The notes beneath the pieces are model-generated. The model saw only the letters and a list, made by a program, of their open reading frames with translations. It was not told the origin of the DNA and made no database searches. This document shows positions 50,443-60,525 of a DNA stretch of 64,000 nt, in pieces. The DNA is taken from assembly GCA_009698805.1 (NCBI GenBank), contig WLPL01000002.1, forward strand, positions 305-64,304, read 5' to 3'. The stretch's first letter is position 1. Each line of letters starts with the position of its first letter. The stretch comes from Actinomycetota bacterium. GTDB lineage: Bacteria; Actinomycetota; Actinomycetes; Actinomycetales; Microbacteriaceae. Made by a program: the position numbers and the translations under genes.

Positions 50443-51642
50443 GTGATGAAAACCCCTTGGCGCAAGCTCTACATTCTTTCGACCGCCGGCGCCCTCTCTT
50501 GGCTGGGTAGTGCGCTCACAACCTTTGCTGTGATTCTGCGCGACAAGGACACCGTGGGAGCGGGCGGCGTATCGGTTTACCTTCTCGCCTTTGGTTTGCC
50601 AACGATCTTCATGGCCCCAATCTCTGGCTTGATTGCCGACAAGTTTTCTTCTCGACAGGTGATTATCCCTGCTCTAGCGGTCATGGGTTTGAGCTCCGGA
50701 TCGCTGGCCATTGGGCTACCGGTTTGGTGGACTCCCATCGCGCTGTTAATTACCGCCTCAGCCGGAACCCTAGTCGCTCCAGCTATGCAGGCCGTCCAAG
50801 TTACCGTTACCAACCCCGACGACTTACCAAGAGTGACAGGGCTCATGCAATCGATGGCATCTTTCGGAACCCTGTTCGCCCCGGCATTGGGCGGCATTTT
50901 GGTGACAACATCCGGCTATTTCTGGCCGTTCGTCATTGACGCGATCAGTTTCTGGTTTCTTGCCGCTGCGTTCTTTGCAATTGGGTTGAATCGCAAGGCT
51001 GTGAAACACGAGGTCGGCGAGAAGCTCAGCGCAATGGCCGGTATTCGATTCGTGTTTAGCGATCGCCTAATTCGAGCAATCGTCGTCCTAGTGAGCGTTC
51101 TGATCATCGCTCTCGGCTCATTCAACGTGGGCGAAGTGTTCCTGATCAAAGATGAGCTACACGCCAGCAACTTAATCTACGGAATAGTTGGTGCATCGTT
51201 CGCCGCCGGCAGCATAATCGGCGCAGTTCTCACCGCAGCAATCAAGCTCAACAAGAGATTCCACGCGATGGCCGTGATTGTTGGCATTGCGGTTTTGGTT
51301 CTAGCCATTCTTGGCTTCGCGCTTGCCCCAAACTGGGGCATTGCCATTGCTCTTGCCTTGGCTACCGGTGTCGGCAACTCCGTTCTTAACGCATACGCAA
51401 TCAGCATCGTCATGACTCGTTCTCCGCAAGAAATGCTCGGACGCGTGATGGCGGCGATTGACGCGATTATCCAGAGCGGCAGCGTTATCGGCATCGTTCT
51501 ATCGGGAATCGCGATTTCGTTCTTCCACGTGCGTCCGGTGCTGTTGGTCTGTGGAATTCTCTCGGCGATCATCCTGGCGATCTTTGCCCCAGACGTTATT
51601 CGCTATGGCAGGAGTTTCAAAGAAGACAAGCCTGCGACTTAG
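50443..51642 (+). CDS. MFS transporter (DHA3/MefA-like)
   Basis: GLIADKFSSR, APALGGIL, IDAISF, MLGRV. Confidence 0.88.
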   Translation: MMKTPWRKLYILSTAGALSWLGSALTTFAVILRDKDTVGAGGVSVYLLAFGLPTIFMAPISGLIADKFSSRQVIIPALAVMGLSSGSLAIGLPVWWTPIALLITASAGTLVAPAMQAVQVTVTNPDDLPRVTGLMQSMASFGTLFAPALGGILVTTSGYFWPFVIDAISFWFLAAAFFAIGLNRKAVKHEVGEKLSAMAGIRFVFSDRLIRAIVVLVSVLIIALGSFNVGEVFLIKDELHASNLIYGIVGASFAAGSIIGAVLTAAIKLNKRFHAMAVIVGIAVLVLAILGFALAPNWGIAIALALATGVGNSVLNAYAISIVMTRSPQEMLGRVMAAIDAIIQSGSVIGIVLSGIAISFFHVRPVLLVCGILSAIILAIFAPDVIRYGRSFKEDKPAT

Positions 51643-51660
51643 TCAGGCAGGTTCTCTGAA

Positions 51661-52140
51661 CTATTGAGCCTTGCCTCGTTTTGCGATTAGGGCGAACGTG
51701 ACGACCTGGATTGGCACAAGACTGAGCCCGAGATACAAGAACCAAGGTATAAAAACCTCACCGTTTAGAGGGTCGCCGGGCCCACCGGCTGAAGAGATTA
51801 AAGCTTGAGCAACCATCGTGATAGGTACAAGTGGGCCTATCAACGACGCCAGCACGCCGAGAACTAGAAAGGTTTTGCCATCGCTAATTTTTCGGGAAAT
51901 CTTGAACGTCTTTATGAGTGCCCAAGCGTAAAGGTAAATCGCAAACCCAGTTGTCATTAATAACAGAGATACGGAGAACATTAGGCTCCATGCATGTGCA
52001 CCAAAGGCTTCAGTAAATAAGAAAGTCAAACCGAGTCCAACAGCAATTACGGGGAGCTGTAGGAAGTAGTTTTTGGCTGTCTTTCTAAGTTCGGAGTTGC
52101 TTATGGTCTTAGGACCGCCTGCGGTGGTGATAGTTGCCAT
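51661..52140 (-). CDS. Hypothetical 4-TM membrane protein (visibly AT-richer)
   Basis: GAGGA RBS; four hydrophobic segments. Confidence 0.7.
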   Translation of the reverse strand: MATITTAGGPKTISNSELRKTAKNYFLQLPVIAVGLGLTFLFTEAFGAHAWSLMFSVSLLLMTTGFAIYLYAWALIKTFKISRKISDGKTFLVLGVLASLIGPLVPITMVAQALISSAGGPGDPLNGEVFIPWFLYLGLSLVPIQVVTFALIAKRGKAQ

Positions 52141-52218
52141 GCGTCATTCCTCCCAACACGTGATGCACTGGTTCAAACTCTACTAGTTGCTCAAGGTACT
52201 TCTTGGCAGAATGAACCT

Positions 52219-52467
52219 ATGGAATCTTTAGCGTATTTGGTAATGGGCATCCTCGCCTTCATCTTGGCTCTAGCTATAGCCGCTGTTATCTTGAGCGTGC
52301 TGTCTTGGTCGGGCAAGATCAACAAGGCCTGGGGCTTTGCGGCAACGGGCATGCTGTTGCTGGTCACAATCGGGGCATTTAGCCTCTCGATGCAACTTGG
52401 CTTGGTGCCGACCATTCCGCTATTGGTCTCGATTGGCTTTTTGGCATTCAAGAAGAAGGCAAATTAG
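52219..52467 (+). CDS. Small 3-TM membrane protein
   Basis: 82 aa, ATG just after a CAGAAT -10, abuts the LysE gene. Confidence 0.7.
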   Translation: MESLAYLVMGILAFILALAIAAVILSVLSWSGKINKAWGFAATGMLLLVTIGAFSLSMQLGLVPTIPLLVSIGFLAFKKKAN

Positions 52468-53073
52468 TTGCTGGCTTTTCTGCCGGGTTTTCTCACCGGT
52501 CTGTCACTGATTATTGCCATTGGCGCTCAGAACGCTTTCGTGATTCGTCAGGGGTTGACCCGGTCTCACGTGTTTCTGGTCGTTGCCATCTGCTCGATCG
52601 CCGACATCGCGCTCATTTGCTTGGGTATCGGAGGGCTCGGCGCACTGATTACTTCGTTGCCTTGGCTACTCGAGGTGATTCGATGGTTCGGCGTGGCCTA
52701 CCTGACTTGGTTCGGTTTTAGATCTGCTCGAGCTGCTTTCAAGAACGAGAGTCTCGATGCGGCTGGGGCTGCCGAGCAGTCACGAGTGAAGGTCGTCACC
52801 ACGGTTTTGGCTCTGACTCTGCTGAACCCACATGTTTACTTGGACACCGTGATCTTGGTCGGCAGCATCGGTAACCAGTTCGGTGACAACAAGTGGTTCT
52901 TTGCGGCCGGGGCTTCTTTGGCGAGTGTGGTTTGGTTCAGTACCGCGGGCTTTGGGGCCAAAGCGGCTTCGCGGCTGATGTCAAAACCGGTGTTCTGGCG
53001 GGTTCTCGACATCGTCATTGCCTGCGTCATGTTCGGCGTTGCTTTGACTTTGGCGACCTATAAGTTTTCTTAG
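52468..53073 (+). CDS. LysE/ArgO amino acid exporter
   Basis: LIIAIGAQNAFVIRQG, LLNPHVYLDT. Confidence 0.93.
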   Translation: MLAFLPGFLTGLSLIIAIGAQNAFVIRQGLTRSHVFLVVAICSIADIALICLGIGGLGALITSLPWLLEVIRWFGVAYLTWFGFRSARAAFKNESLDAAGAAEQSRVKVVTTVLALTLLNPHVYLDTVILVGSIGNQFGDNKWFFAAGASLASVVWFSTAGFGAKAASRLMSKPVFWRVLDIVIACVMFGVALTLATYKFS

Positions 53074-54258
53074 CCTCGTAAACACAATTACGGCTGCTGT
53101 TGTGGTGATCAGCCCGCAGATGAAAATCGTGGGTCTGATTCCGAAACTGCTGGCGGCCCAGCCGATTAGTGGTGATCCGAGCGGCGTGCCACCCATGAAG
53201 ATCAAGAGGTAAATGCCCATTACTCGCCCGCGCAGAGGTGACGGCGTTGTGGTTTGCACATACGAGTTCGCGAAGATGAACGTGGTGAGAGCGACTGCTC
53301 CCGCGAACGGAAGAATCAGTAGGTACTGCAGGTAGCTTTGAGCGAACGACAGGGTGGCAACCAATAGCCCGAAAATCATTGCTCCGAGCATGATTCGCTT
53401 TGGAACTCGCGAGTTTTCGAGCCTCGTACCTATGATTGCCGCGCTAAGTGACCCGATTGCGAGGACGCTTCCCGCGCCACCAAACTCTTGCGGGCCGAGG
53501 TGAAACTCGCCCTTGGCCATCAACGCATTGAAGATTTGAAAGTTCAGGCCGAACGTTGCGCTGAAGAACACCGTGACCATGACTAGGCGAACCTGAAGAT
53601 TCTCACGGACGTATTTGAAGCCGTCCTTGATTGAAGCGGCTCGGTTCGGTTTTTGGGTGATGTGTAGTTCGTCATGGCGAATCAGCCTCAACGAGACGAT
53701 TACGAAGATGTAGCTGAGCGCATTGATCAAAAACGACCAGCCCGTGCCGAAGAGAAAGATGAGGAAGCCCGAAAGCGCAGGCCCAACCAGGCGCCCGAGG
53801 TTGAAGTTGGCCGAGTTCAGGCTGACGGCGTTGGCGAGATCGGCCTTGCCGACCAGTTCAGAGGTGAATGACGTGCGAATCGGGGCGTCGATAGCGCTAA
53901 ATACTCCGAAAACCAGGGCCAGGACATAGACCTCCCAGATCACGGCGCTTTTTGAAATCACAAGAGCACCGAGAAGGGCAGAGGTGAATGCTCCACCGGC
54001 CGCGGTGATGATTAGAAGTTTGCGCTTGCTGAAGCGGTCGGCGAGGGCACCGCCCCAGATGCTAAGAAAGATGGTCGGAAGAAACTGCAGGCCCGTGACG
54101 ATGCCGAGATCGGCGGCGCTGTTGTTGGTGAGCTCGAGAACGAGCCAGTCTTGGGCCACTCGTTGGGCCCAGGTGCCGATGTTGCTCACTACGCTGGCCG
54201 GGTAGAGAATTCTGAAGTTGCGATGTTTGAACGATCGCAGGGCTCCAGAGTTACTCAC
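52981..54258 (-). CDS. MFS transporter (MFS_3/DUF894-like)
   Basis: SNIGTWAQRVAQDWLV, NAVSLNSANFNLGRLVGP, LRGRVMG; GTG 54258 preferred. Confidence 0.9.
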   Translation of the reverse strand: MSNSGALRSFKHRNFRILYPASVVSNIGTWAQRVAQDWLVLELTNNSAADLGIVTGLQFLPTIFLSIWGGALADRFSKRKLLIITAAGGAFTSALLGALVISKSAVIWEVYVLALVFGVFSAIDAPIRTSFTSELVGKADLANAVSLNSANFNLGRLVGPALSGFLIFLFGTGWSFLINALSYIFVIVSLRLIRHDELHITQKPNRAASIKDGFKYVRENLQVRLVMVTVFFSATFGLNFQIFNALMAKGEFHLGPQEFGGAGSVLAIGSLSAAIIGTRLENSRVPKRIMLGAMIFGLLVATLSFAQSYLQYLLILPFAGAVALTTFIFANSYVQTTTPSPLRGRVMGIYLLIFMGGTPLGSPLIGWAASSFGIRPTIFICGLITTTAAVIVFTRLRKLIGRQSQSNAEHDAGNDDVENPPEHRF

Positions 54259-54287
54259 CAACCAAATCTATCTTTAGGCTTGGGTGA

Positions 54288-54869
54288 ATGGACGCCTATC
54301 TGCTCTTCGCCACGATTTACCTCACGGCGGCGGCCACACCCGGCGTAGACACCATGTCGCTTTTGAGTCGAACCCTAACGGCTGGCTGGAAAGCCGCTGT
54401 GCCGTATTCGATCGGCATCACGCTGGCCAAGATGATCATGGTTGGCGTCTCATACTTCGGGCTTTCGGCACTCATGGCTGCCAGCCCGCAAATTTTCTTC
54501 GCGCTCAAGGTAGTCGGCGCAGCTGTTTTGCTCTGGCGGGCATACAAGTCTTGGAACGCGGGTGTGGCAGCCATCGCTAACACTCGTGACGGCTTTTGGC
54601 CGGGCCTCGGAACGGCATTCGTGATTGGGGCAAGCAACCCGACCGCACTGATGTTCTACATGGCTGTCGTGCCACAGGTCAGCCGTGAAACCAGCGTCTT
54701 CGGCCTGGCCGGCATAGTGATTCTCGGTTTCGGCCTGGTCAGCGTCTTCTACATTGGGCTCGCCCAGCAGATTCGCGTTTGGATCAACCGCGGTGAAAAT
54801 CAGCGACTGGTAAATCGAATCGTGGCGGGTATCTTCGTGACCCTCGCTGTCGTCGTCCTAGCGCGTTAG
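54288..54869 (+). CDS. LysE/RhtB family translocator
   Basis: AATPGVD, LKVVGAAVLLW, SNPTALMFY. Confidence 0.87.
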   Translation: MDAYLLFATIYLTAAATPGVDTMSLLSRTLTAGWKAAVPYSIGITLAKMIMVGVSYFGLSALMAASPQIFFALKVVGAAVLLWRAYKSWNAGVAAIANTRDGFWPGLGTAFVIGASNPTALMFYMAVVPQVSRETSVFGLAGIVILGFGLVSVFYIGLAQQIRVWINRGENQRLVNRIVAGIFVTLAVVVLAR

Positions 54870-55211
54870 CAGGTACTCGTAAGACTCGTTGAGCAGTTCG
54901 GTAACGAGCTGGAGGTCGGCCTTTTCGAGATCGACCAAGACGGCGGGGTAGTTGGCGAAGTGCGGGGAGACGAAGCAGGGCCCCGGCACGGTTTGCACCC
55001 AGGCATCGCGAATCATGACATCGGGCAGGTGAACGGCCATGACTTCACCCCTCGGCGCTTGGTCGCCGAGAGCTTTTAGATCGCGCTGGCTCAGCGGGCG
55101 ATCCCACGCGATGGCCTTCTTATTCACGCACCACTCGCGGCGATCACCGGCAACTGGGACGCAGGTGCGAAAGGTGGCGATAATGCCCTCAACCTCTGAC
55201 CAAGACACCAT
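54858..55211 (-). CDS. MmcQ/YjbR family protein
   Basis: ATG 55211 (TAATG coupling); WDRPL...D...LG, PHFANYPAVLVDL. Confidence 0.8.
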   Translation of the reverse strand: MVSWSEVEGIIATFRTCVPVAGDRREWCVNKKAIAWDRPLSQRDLKALGDQAPRGEVMAVHLPDVMIRDAWVQTVPGPCFVSPHFANYPAVLVDLEKADLQLVTELLNESYEYLLTR

Positions 55212-56476
55212 TACTTTGCCTCCGGCCCGTCTGGGAGTTTGCGCATGCCCGTTAGCGGGCTGAAGACCACGAACACGGACGAGAAGATTGAGCCGATTGC
55301 GCCAACCCAGAGCGCAGACTGCACGCCGTAGCTGCTGGCGATTACCCCACCCAAGAGCCCACCGATTGGCATTACACCCCAGACGAAGAAGCGAATTGAT
55401 GCGTTCATGCGTCCGAGGAGTTCTGGCGGGCAAAGGCGCTGACGGGCAGAGACCTGGGTGATGTTGTATGCCAGCACTGCAAAGCCGTTCAAGAAATCCA
55501 TCAGCAGAAGAATCGGCAGGGTTAGTTCGTTGTGCATCGCAACCGAGATGGGCACCAGCAAGGTGATGCAACCGCCGAGAATGGCCGAAAGGCTAATCAG
55601 GGTTCCTTCGCCAATCCACTTGATCAGTTTCGTGGTCGAAATCGCGCCCAGCAGGCTTCCGATTGCGGCAGAGGTGCCGAGCAGACCGAAGGCGCCCGCG
55701 CCAAAGTTTAGGTATTGGCTGCCCAGAAACACGAGGGCGAAGATCGAAAACATCAAACTGCTGAATAGGTTGTTCACCGAGGTAGTCAGAGAGATTCGTC
55801 GAATCAGCGGGTGTCTAACTACAAATCGGAGTCCTTCGCGAATCTCGACGTGAAGCGGTTTACGGTCGGCCTTAGGCTTCGGAGTCTCGGTGTCTTTGAT
55901 CATTCCGAGCGTCAGCGCCGAAATCAGGTAGCTCAGCGAATCGATGACCAGCAGAGTCGGGGCCTTAAAGAGGTCGATCAGGAAACCGACGATTCCCGGG
56001 CCGGCGATGCCCGCGGTTTGATTAGTGGTCTCGAGTGCTGAGTTGCCGGCGGCAATCTTGTCTGGCGGCAGCATTACCGGGACGAATGACTGATAGGCGA
56101 CGTCGAAGAACACGGTGGCGAGCCCCATCACAAAGGCAATCACAATGATTACCCAGATGTTGAGGTTGCCCGTGAAATAAAGCGCTGGGATCACACCTAC
56201 CGCAAGCATTCGAACAATGTCTGCGATGATCATCACTCGCCGTTTGATCCAGCGATCAACCCACGCTCCGGCAATCAAACCTACAAGCAGGAACGAAGCC
56301 GTACCGGCAGCTGAAAGCCAACCCATTTCGGCAGGGCCAGCGTCGAGCAACTTGACGGCGATGAAGGCAAGCGCAATCGACCCAATTTGGCTACCAAAAG
56401 TGCTGAAGGTTTGCCCGCCCCAAAGCCAAGCGAAACCAGGGGTGCGAAGAAGGGCAAATTTATTTTTCACAACCAC
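55211..56476 (-). CDS. MFS transporter
   Basis: WGGQTFS, AGAWVDR, FFDVAYQSF, LLGRMNASIRF. Confidence 0.9.
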   Translation of the reverse strand: MVVKNKFALLRTPGFAWLWGGQTFSTFGSQIGSIALAFIAVKLLDAGPAEMGWLSAAGTASFLLVGLIAGAWVDRWIKRRVMIIADIVRMLAVGVIPALYFTGNLNIWVIIVIAFVMGLATVFFDVAYQSFVPVMLPPDKIAAGNSALETTNQTAGIAGPGIVGFLIDLFKAPTLLVIDSLSYLISALTLGMIKDTETPKPKADRKPLHVEIREGLRFVVRHPLIRRISLTTSVNNLFSSLMFSIFALVFLGSQYLNFGAGAFGLLGTSAAIGSLLGAISTTKLIKWIGEGTLISLSAILGGCITLLVPISVAMHNELTLPILLLMDFLNGFAVLAYNITQVSARQRLCPPELLGRMNASIRFFVWGVMPIGGLLGGVIASSYGVQSALWVGAIGSIFSSVFVVFSPLTGMRKLPDGPEAK

Positions 56477-56514
56477 GAGTCTACGAACTCAAAGAGCGTG
56501 GCAGACTTTCTTTC

Positions 56515-58263
56515 ATGGCAAGACATAAGACGAAACCCCCAAGCAACGCCGGGTTGAGTTGGGAGCGACTGTCTTCGTTAAACATTTGGTCGCCGGGGTT
56601 GCTCGTCTTCGCGGCTGTCGTCTCTGGTGTCGCAACAATCCTGATGGATTATCTGAGGACCGGTAACCGTTCTTGGCTTTGGTCGGTCACCTTTTCGGTG
56701 TCGCTGGCCTTCGCCGTGGTCCTCGTTTTGCTCGCAAAGCGGTTTCTACTGCCGAGATTTCTAAAAAAGCACCCAGGACAGCTGAACCTACTTATTGCTG
56801 GAATTGTGGGTGGCCTCAAGAATCTCTTGGTTGCCCTAATGGCAACTGCCCTAGGTCTAGAGTCCCAGGTCGGTCTCTTGTTTCGTTTTGTCGGCGGAGT
56901 TTTGATGGGTGCTGCAATTATCGTCGTCTACGCAGGCATGAGCGGCTCACGCTCGGCTCACGCTCGGGCGATGCTGAGGCTAAACGAAATTCGGAACGAT
57001 CTGCTGGGCTCAAGAGAGAACCTTGATGTTTTGCTGGCCGACGAACTCGAAGGTTTGCAAGAAAAGTCGCGAGAGTCGGTTCTGCCTAAAATTGCGCAAA
57101 TTTCGGAGCTTCTCCACTCATCCTCGGATGCCTCGCAAGTGGCAAAAGAAATAAGCGAAACCGTGGCAACCAGGCTGAGGCCTCTAATGGAGGAAATTTC
57201 GGTTCGCACAAACGCTACTTTGCGCTCGAACCCCGAGTCGCCCATCAAGCTTGGCAAAGTACCGTCCCCATCTCACTTTGTGGCAAGAGATGTAATCAAG
57301 CCGCTACTCTATTGCGCCTACTCTCTGCCTGCGGCCAGCTTCCTGTCGTTCTATTTCCAGGGCCCAATCGGGGCGGTTGTCGCAGTCGCCGCAACGCTCC
57401 TTTTTGCCGGATTCATGTGGCTGTTTAAGGTCTTGGTTTTTCCAAAACGATCGACGCCCGGGGTTTTGAGTTACGTGATGCTCACAGTGGCTAGCATTCT
57501 TGCTCCCGTCGTGGGCCTTTACGTAATGGGCGGCTCTCTCGGTTTGACTGCCTCGCAGAGCGTGCTGTTGCCCTTCGCTTGCTGGTTGATTTACATATTC
57601 ACTGTTCTCACCCTGTCGCCGATGATTCTTCACGATCTCGAAAGTGGAAAGCTCGAAGCGCTTATCGAAACCGAAAATACGATTCTTGCCAAGGAGATCG
57701 CCCTATTCGAGCAGAAGGTTTGGGTCTTCAAGCGGCGCTGGCTATTCATGCTTCACGGCACGGTTCAAAGCGCCTTGACTGCGGCTTTGACCCGCCTGCA
57801 AACCTTCGCCGAGAGTGACCCTTACCAGGTCAGCTTGGTGCAAGCAGATCTAGAGCGCGCCGAGAAAGCTCTTCAAACGCTCCCTTCGAATGAGATCGAC
57901 TTCGAAAGCGCAGTGAGGGAGCTGCAGGATTCGTGGGCGGGAGTTTGTGCCATCACCGTGAACGTGGACATGCGTGCCTCGAGGGCAATGGATAACAACA
58001 AGGGCAGCGCCTACTGCGTTAACGAGATCCTCAAGGAATCCATTGGTAACGCGGTTCGTCACGGCACCGCTACCGCAGCTTTGGTTTCGATCACTCGCGA
58101 AAAGGATGACTTCATTGATATCGAGGTGCAAAATGACGGCGGGGCGCCTCCCAAGAGACGAAAGGGCGGGATCGGCAGCCGAATGCTCGACGACATCACT
58201 GTCAGCTGGTCTTTGGCCAGATCGGGTCGCCTAACCACTCTTAAGGCACGCCTGCCTCTCTAG
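56515..58263 (+). CDS. Multi-TM sensor histidine kinase-like protein
   Basis: H-box LHGTVQ, N-box ESIGNAVRHG, NDG and GIGSR boxes; about 9 TM. Confidence 0.75.
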   Translation: MARHKTKPPSNAGLSWERLSSLNIWSPGLLVFAAVVSGVATILMDYLRTGNRSWLWSVTFSVSLAFAVVLVLLAKRFLLPRFLKKHPGQLNLLIAGIVGGLKNLLVALMATALGLESQVGLLFRFVGGVLMGAAIIVVYAGMSGSRSAHARAMLRLNEIRNDLLGSRENLDVLLADELEGLQEKSRESVLPKIAQISELLHSSSDASQVAKEISETVATRLRPLMEEISVRTNATLRSNPESPIKLGKVPSPSHFVARDVIKPLLYCAYSLPAASFLSFYFQGPIGAVVAVAATLLFAGFMWLFKVLVFPKRSTPGVLSYVMLTVASILAPVVGLYVMGGSLGLTASQSVLLPFACWLIYIFTVLTLSPMILHDLESGKLEALIETENTILAKEIALFEQKVWVFKRRWLFMLHGTVQSALTAALTRLQTFAESDPYQVSLVQADLERAEKALQTLPSNEIDFESAVRELQDSWAGVCAITVNVDMRASRAMDNNKGSAYCVNEILKESIGNAVRHGTATAALVSITREKDDFIDIEVQNDGGAPPKRRKGGIGSRMLDDITVSWSLARSGRLTTLKARLPL

Positions 58264-58289
58264 CCCGCACTCGTGAGAGAATTGTGGGT

Positions 58290-58802
58290 ATGAGTACGAC
58301 TACAGCAATCGCAACCCTTCACACCAACCACGGCGCAATCCGAATAAACCTTTTCGGCAAGCACGCCCCAGTCACGGTTCAGAACTTCATTGAGCTAGCC
58401 GATGGCACGAAGACAGGTAAGCCGTTCTACGACGGCGTCATCTTCCACCGCATCATTGACGGCTTTATGCTTCAGGGCGGCGACCCAACGGGCACCGGCC
58501 GCGGAGGGCCAGGCTACGACTTCAACGACGAGCCTCACGACGACCTTCACTACCACACGCCTTACAAGCTGGCCATGGCTAACGCAGGCAAGAAGTTTGA
58601 CGGCTCCGGCACCAACGGTTCGCAGTTCTTCATCACCGTTGCCCCAACCGAGTTCCTCTGGGGCAAGCACACCATCTTCGGCGAGGTCGCAGACGACGAA
58701 TCAATCAAGGTCGTCGACGCAATCGCTAAGGTCAGCACCGACCACAACGACAAGCCCCACGAGGACGTCGTCATGGAATCGGTAACTATCGAAACCGTCT
58801 AG
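58290..58802 (+). CDS. ppiA: Cyclophilin-type peptidyl-prolyl isomerase
   Basis: FHRIIDGFMLQGGDPTGTG, LAMANAG, TNGSQFFIT, HTIFG. Confidence 0.95.
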   Translation: MSTTTAIATLHTNHGAIRINLFGKHAPVTVQNFIELADGTKTGKPFYDGVIFHRIIDGFMLQGGDPTGTGRGGPGYDFNDEPHDDLHYHTPYKLAMANAGKKFDGSGTNGSQFFITVAPTEFLWGKHTIFGEVADDESIKVVDAIAKVSTDHNDKPHEDVVMESVTIETV

Positions 58803-59593
58803 TGGTCTGTTACCGCCACCCCGACCGCGAAACCGGCGTTAGTTGCCAGCGCTGTGGGCGTTTCATTTGCCCCGAGTGCCAGATCTCTAACGCTGTAGGT
58901 TACCTCTGCCCAGAGGACGGCCGGGTGACGGTGGCGACTCGCATCAAAAACGACACCAGAGCGACCCTGACCATCGGCTTGATTCTGGTTACCGTTTTGG
59001 TTTATGTCGGCCAGCTAATGAGCAACGGCGAAGTCACCTATTCCCTGATTTATTCACCGAACCTAACGATCTCGGAGCCTTGGCGAATGCTAACGGCCGG
59101 CTTCTTGCACAGCGAGAGTTCGTTCATGCACATCGCACTGAACATGTACTCGCTGTATATCTTCGGTTCAGTGCTAGAGCCTCTCCTCGGTAAAGCGCGC
59201 TTCTTGGCGCTTTACCTTTTGGCAATATTTGGTGGGTCGGTTGCGGTTCTGCTCTTCGACGCGCCAAATAGCCTCGTCTTAGGCGCATCCGGCGGCATTT
59301 TCGGCCTTATGGGTGCATATTTTGTGATTCTCAGAAGCCTTGGTCAAGGCGGGGGTCAACTAACCGCAATCATCGGTCTAAACCTCGTGATCGGGTTCCT
59401 CCCTGGTCTAAACATCGCGTGGCAGGCGCACATCGGTGGCCTAATAGTTGGTGGGATCGTCGCCTTTGCCTATGCAAGGACTCGCGCGCCAAAGGACAAG
59501 TCAAAGCAGCAGCTTTATGTAATCGCGGTGGCGGTGGCGCTTATCGTGCTCACGGTGTTTGGAGCATCGCTCCTGCCGGTGAGCGGCTACTAA
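58802..59593 (+). CDS. Rhomboid protease with N-terminal Zn-binding domain
   Basis: CYRHPDR..CQRC..ICPEC; GASG and AHIGG catalytic motifs. Confidence 0.93.
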   Translation: MVCYRHPDRETGVSCQRCGRFICPECQISNAVGYLCPEDGRVTVATRIKNDTRATLTIGLILVTVLVYVGQLMSNGEVTYSLIYSPNLTISEPWRMLTAGFLHSESSFMHIALNMYSLYIFGSVLEPLLGKARFLALYLLAIFGGSVAVLLFDAPNSLVLGASGGIFGLMGAYFVILRSLGQGGGQLTAIIGLNLVIGFLPGLNIAWQAHIGGLIVGGIVAFAYARTRAPKDKSKQQLYVIAVAVALIVLTVFGASLLPVSGY

Positions 59594-59854
59594 CTACTTC
59601 CAGCGAGTGGTCATGCCGAAGCCGACCATGATCAGGCCGAAGCCAATGAGGATGTTGTAGTTTCCGAGGCTTTGGATTGGAATCGCTCCCTGGGTCACGT
59701 AGTAAGCAACCATCCAGAAAAGACCCAAGAGGAAGAACCCGATCATGATTGGCATGAACCAAACGGGGTTCGGGAGGTCGGCCTTGTTGGCTTTTTCACG
59801 AACAATCTTTGCTGGCTTAGCCGGCTTTACCTTACGAGCGCTTTTTTCAGACAT
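59594..59854 (-). CDS. crgA: Cell division protein CrgA
   Basis: NPVWF, LGNYNILIGFG, MTTRWK. Confidence 0.92.
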   Translation of the reverse strand: MSEKSARKVKPAKPAKIVREKANKADLPNPVWFMPIMIGFFLLGLFWMVAYYVTQGAIPIQSLGNYNILIGFGLIMVGFGMTTRWK

Positions 59855-59889
59855 GCGGCAATTCTAAACCAAGTTAGGCTTAACTCCTC

Positions 59890-60525
59890 ATGACAAAGGT
59901 TCTGGTACTCGACAACTACGACTCGTTCGTCTACACGCTGAACGGCTACCTTCAGCAGCTCGGAGCCGAAACAGAGGTATTGCGCAACGACGCCGTCAGT
60001 GAGAGCGAACTTGGGGCACTTATTTCGCGCTTTGACGCGGTGCTCATCTCTCCGGGGCCAGGAACACCAGCCGACGCTGGTCTTTCAATCGCAACCGTTC
60101 GCTACGCGCTCGAGAACGACGTACCTGTTTTCGGGGTTTGCCTTGGTCACCAGGCGATTGCCGAAGCACTAGGCGCAACCGTTTCGCAGGCCGAAGAACT
60201 TATGCACGGCAAGACATCCTTGGTTGAACACGACTCGAGTTTGATCTATCGCGACGTGCCACAGCCCTTCACGGCTACTCGTTACCACTCGCTCGCGGTG
60301 GTCGCCTCGACGGTGCCCGACACTTTGATTGTCACGAGTCGAACTGCTGGCGGTGTGATCATGGGCCTACAGCACACGTCCAAGCGAATTTACGGCGTGC
60401 AGTTTCACCCCGAAAGCGTGCTCACCGAGGGTGGCTACCAAATGCTTGGCAACTGGTTAGAGTCGATCGGACTTGCCGGCGCAGCCGAGCGCGCGAAGAG
60501 CCTTAGCCCGCTCGTAAACCTGTAA
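59890..60525 (+). CDS. trpG: Glutamine amidotransferase (anthranilate/ADC synthase component II)
   Basis: DNYDSF, SPGPG, GVCLGHQ, RYHSL, QFHPES. Confidence 0.93.
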   Translation: MTKVLVLDNYDSFVYTLNGYLQQLGAETEVLRNDAVSESELGALISRFDAVLISPGPGTPADAGLSIATVRYALENDVPVFGVCLGHQAIAEALGATVSQAEELMHGKTSLVEHDSSLIYRDVPQPFTATRYHSLAVVASTVPDTLIVTSRTAGGVIMGLQHTSKRIYGVQFHPESVLTEGGYQMLGNWLESIGLAGAAERAKSLSPLVNL

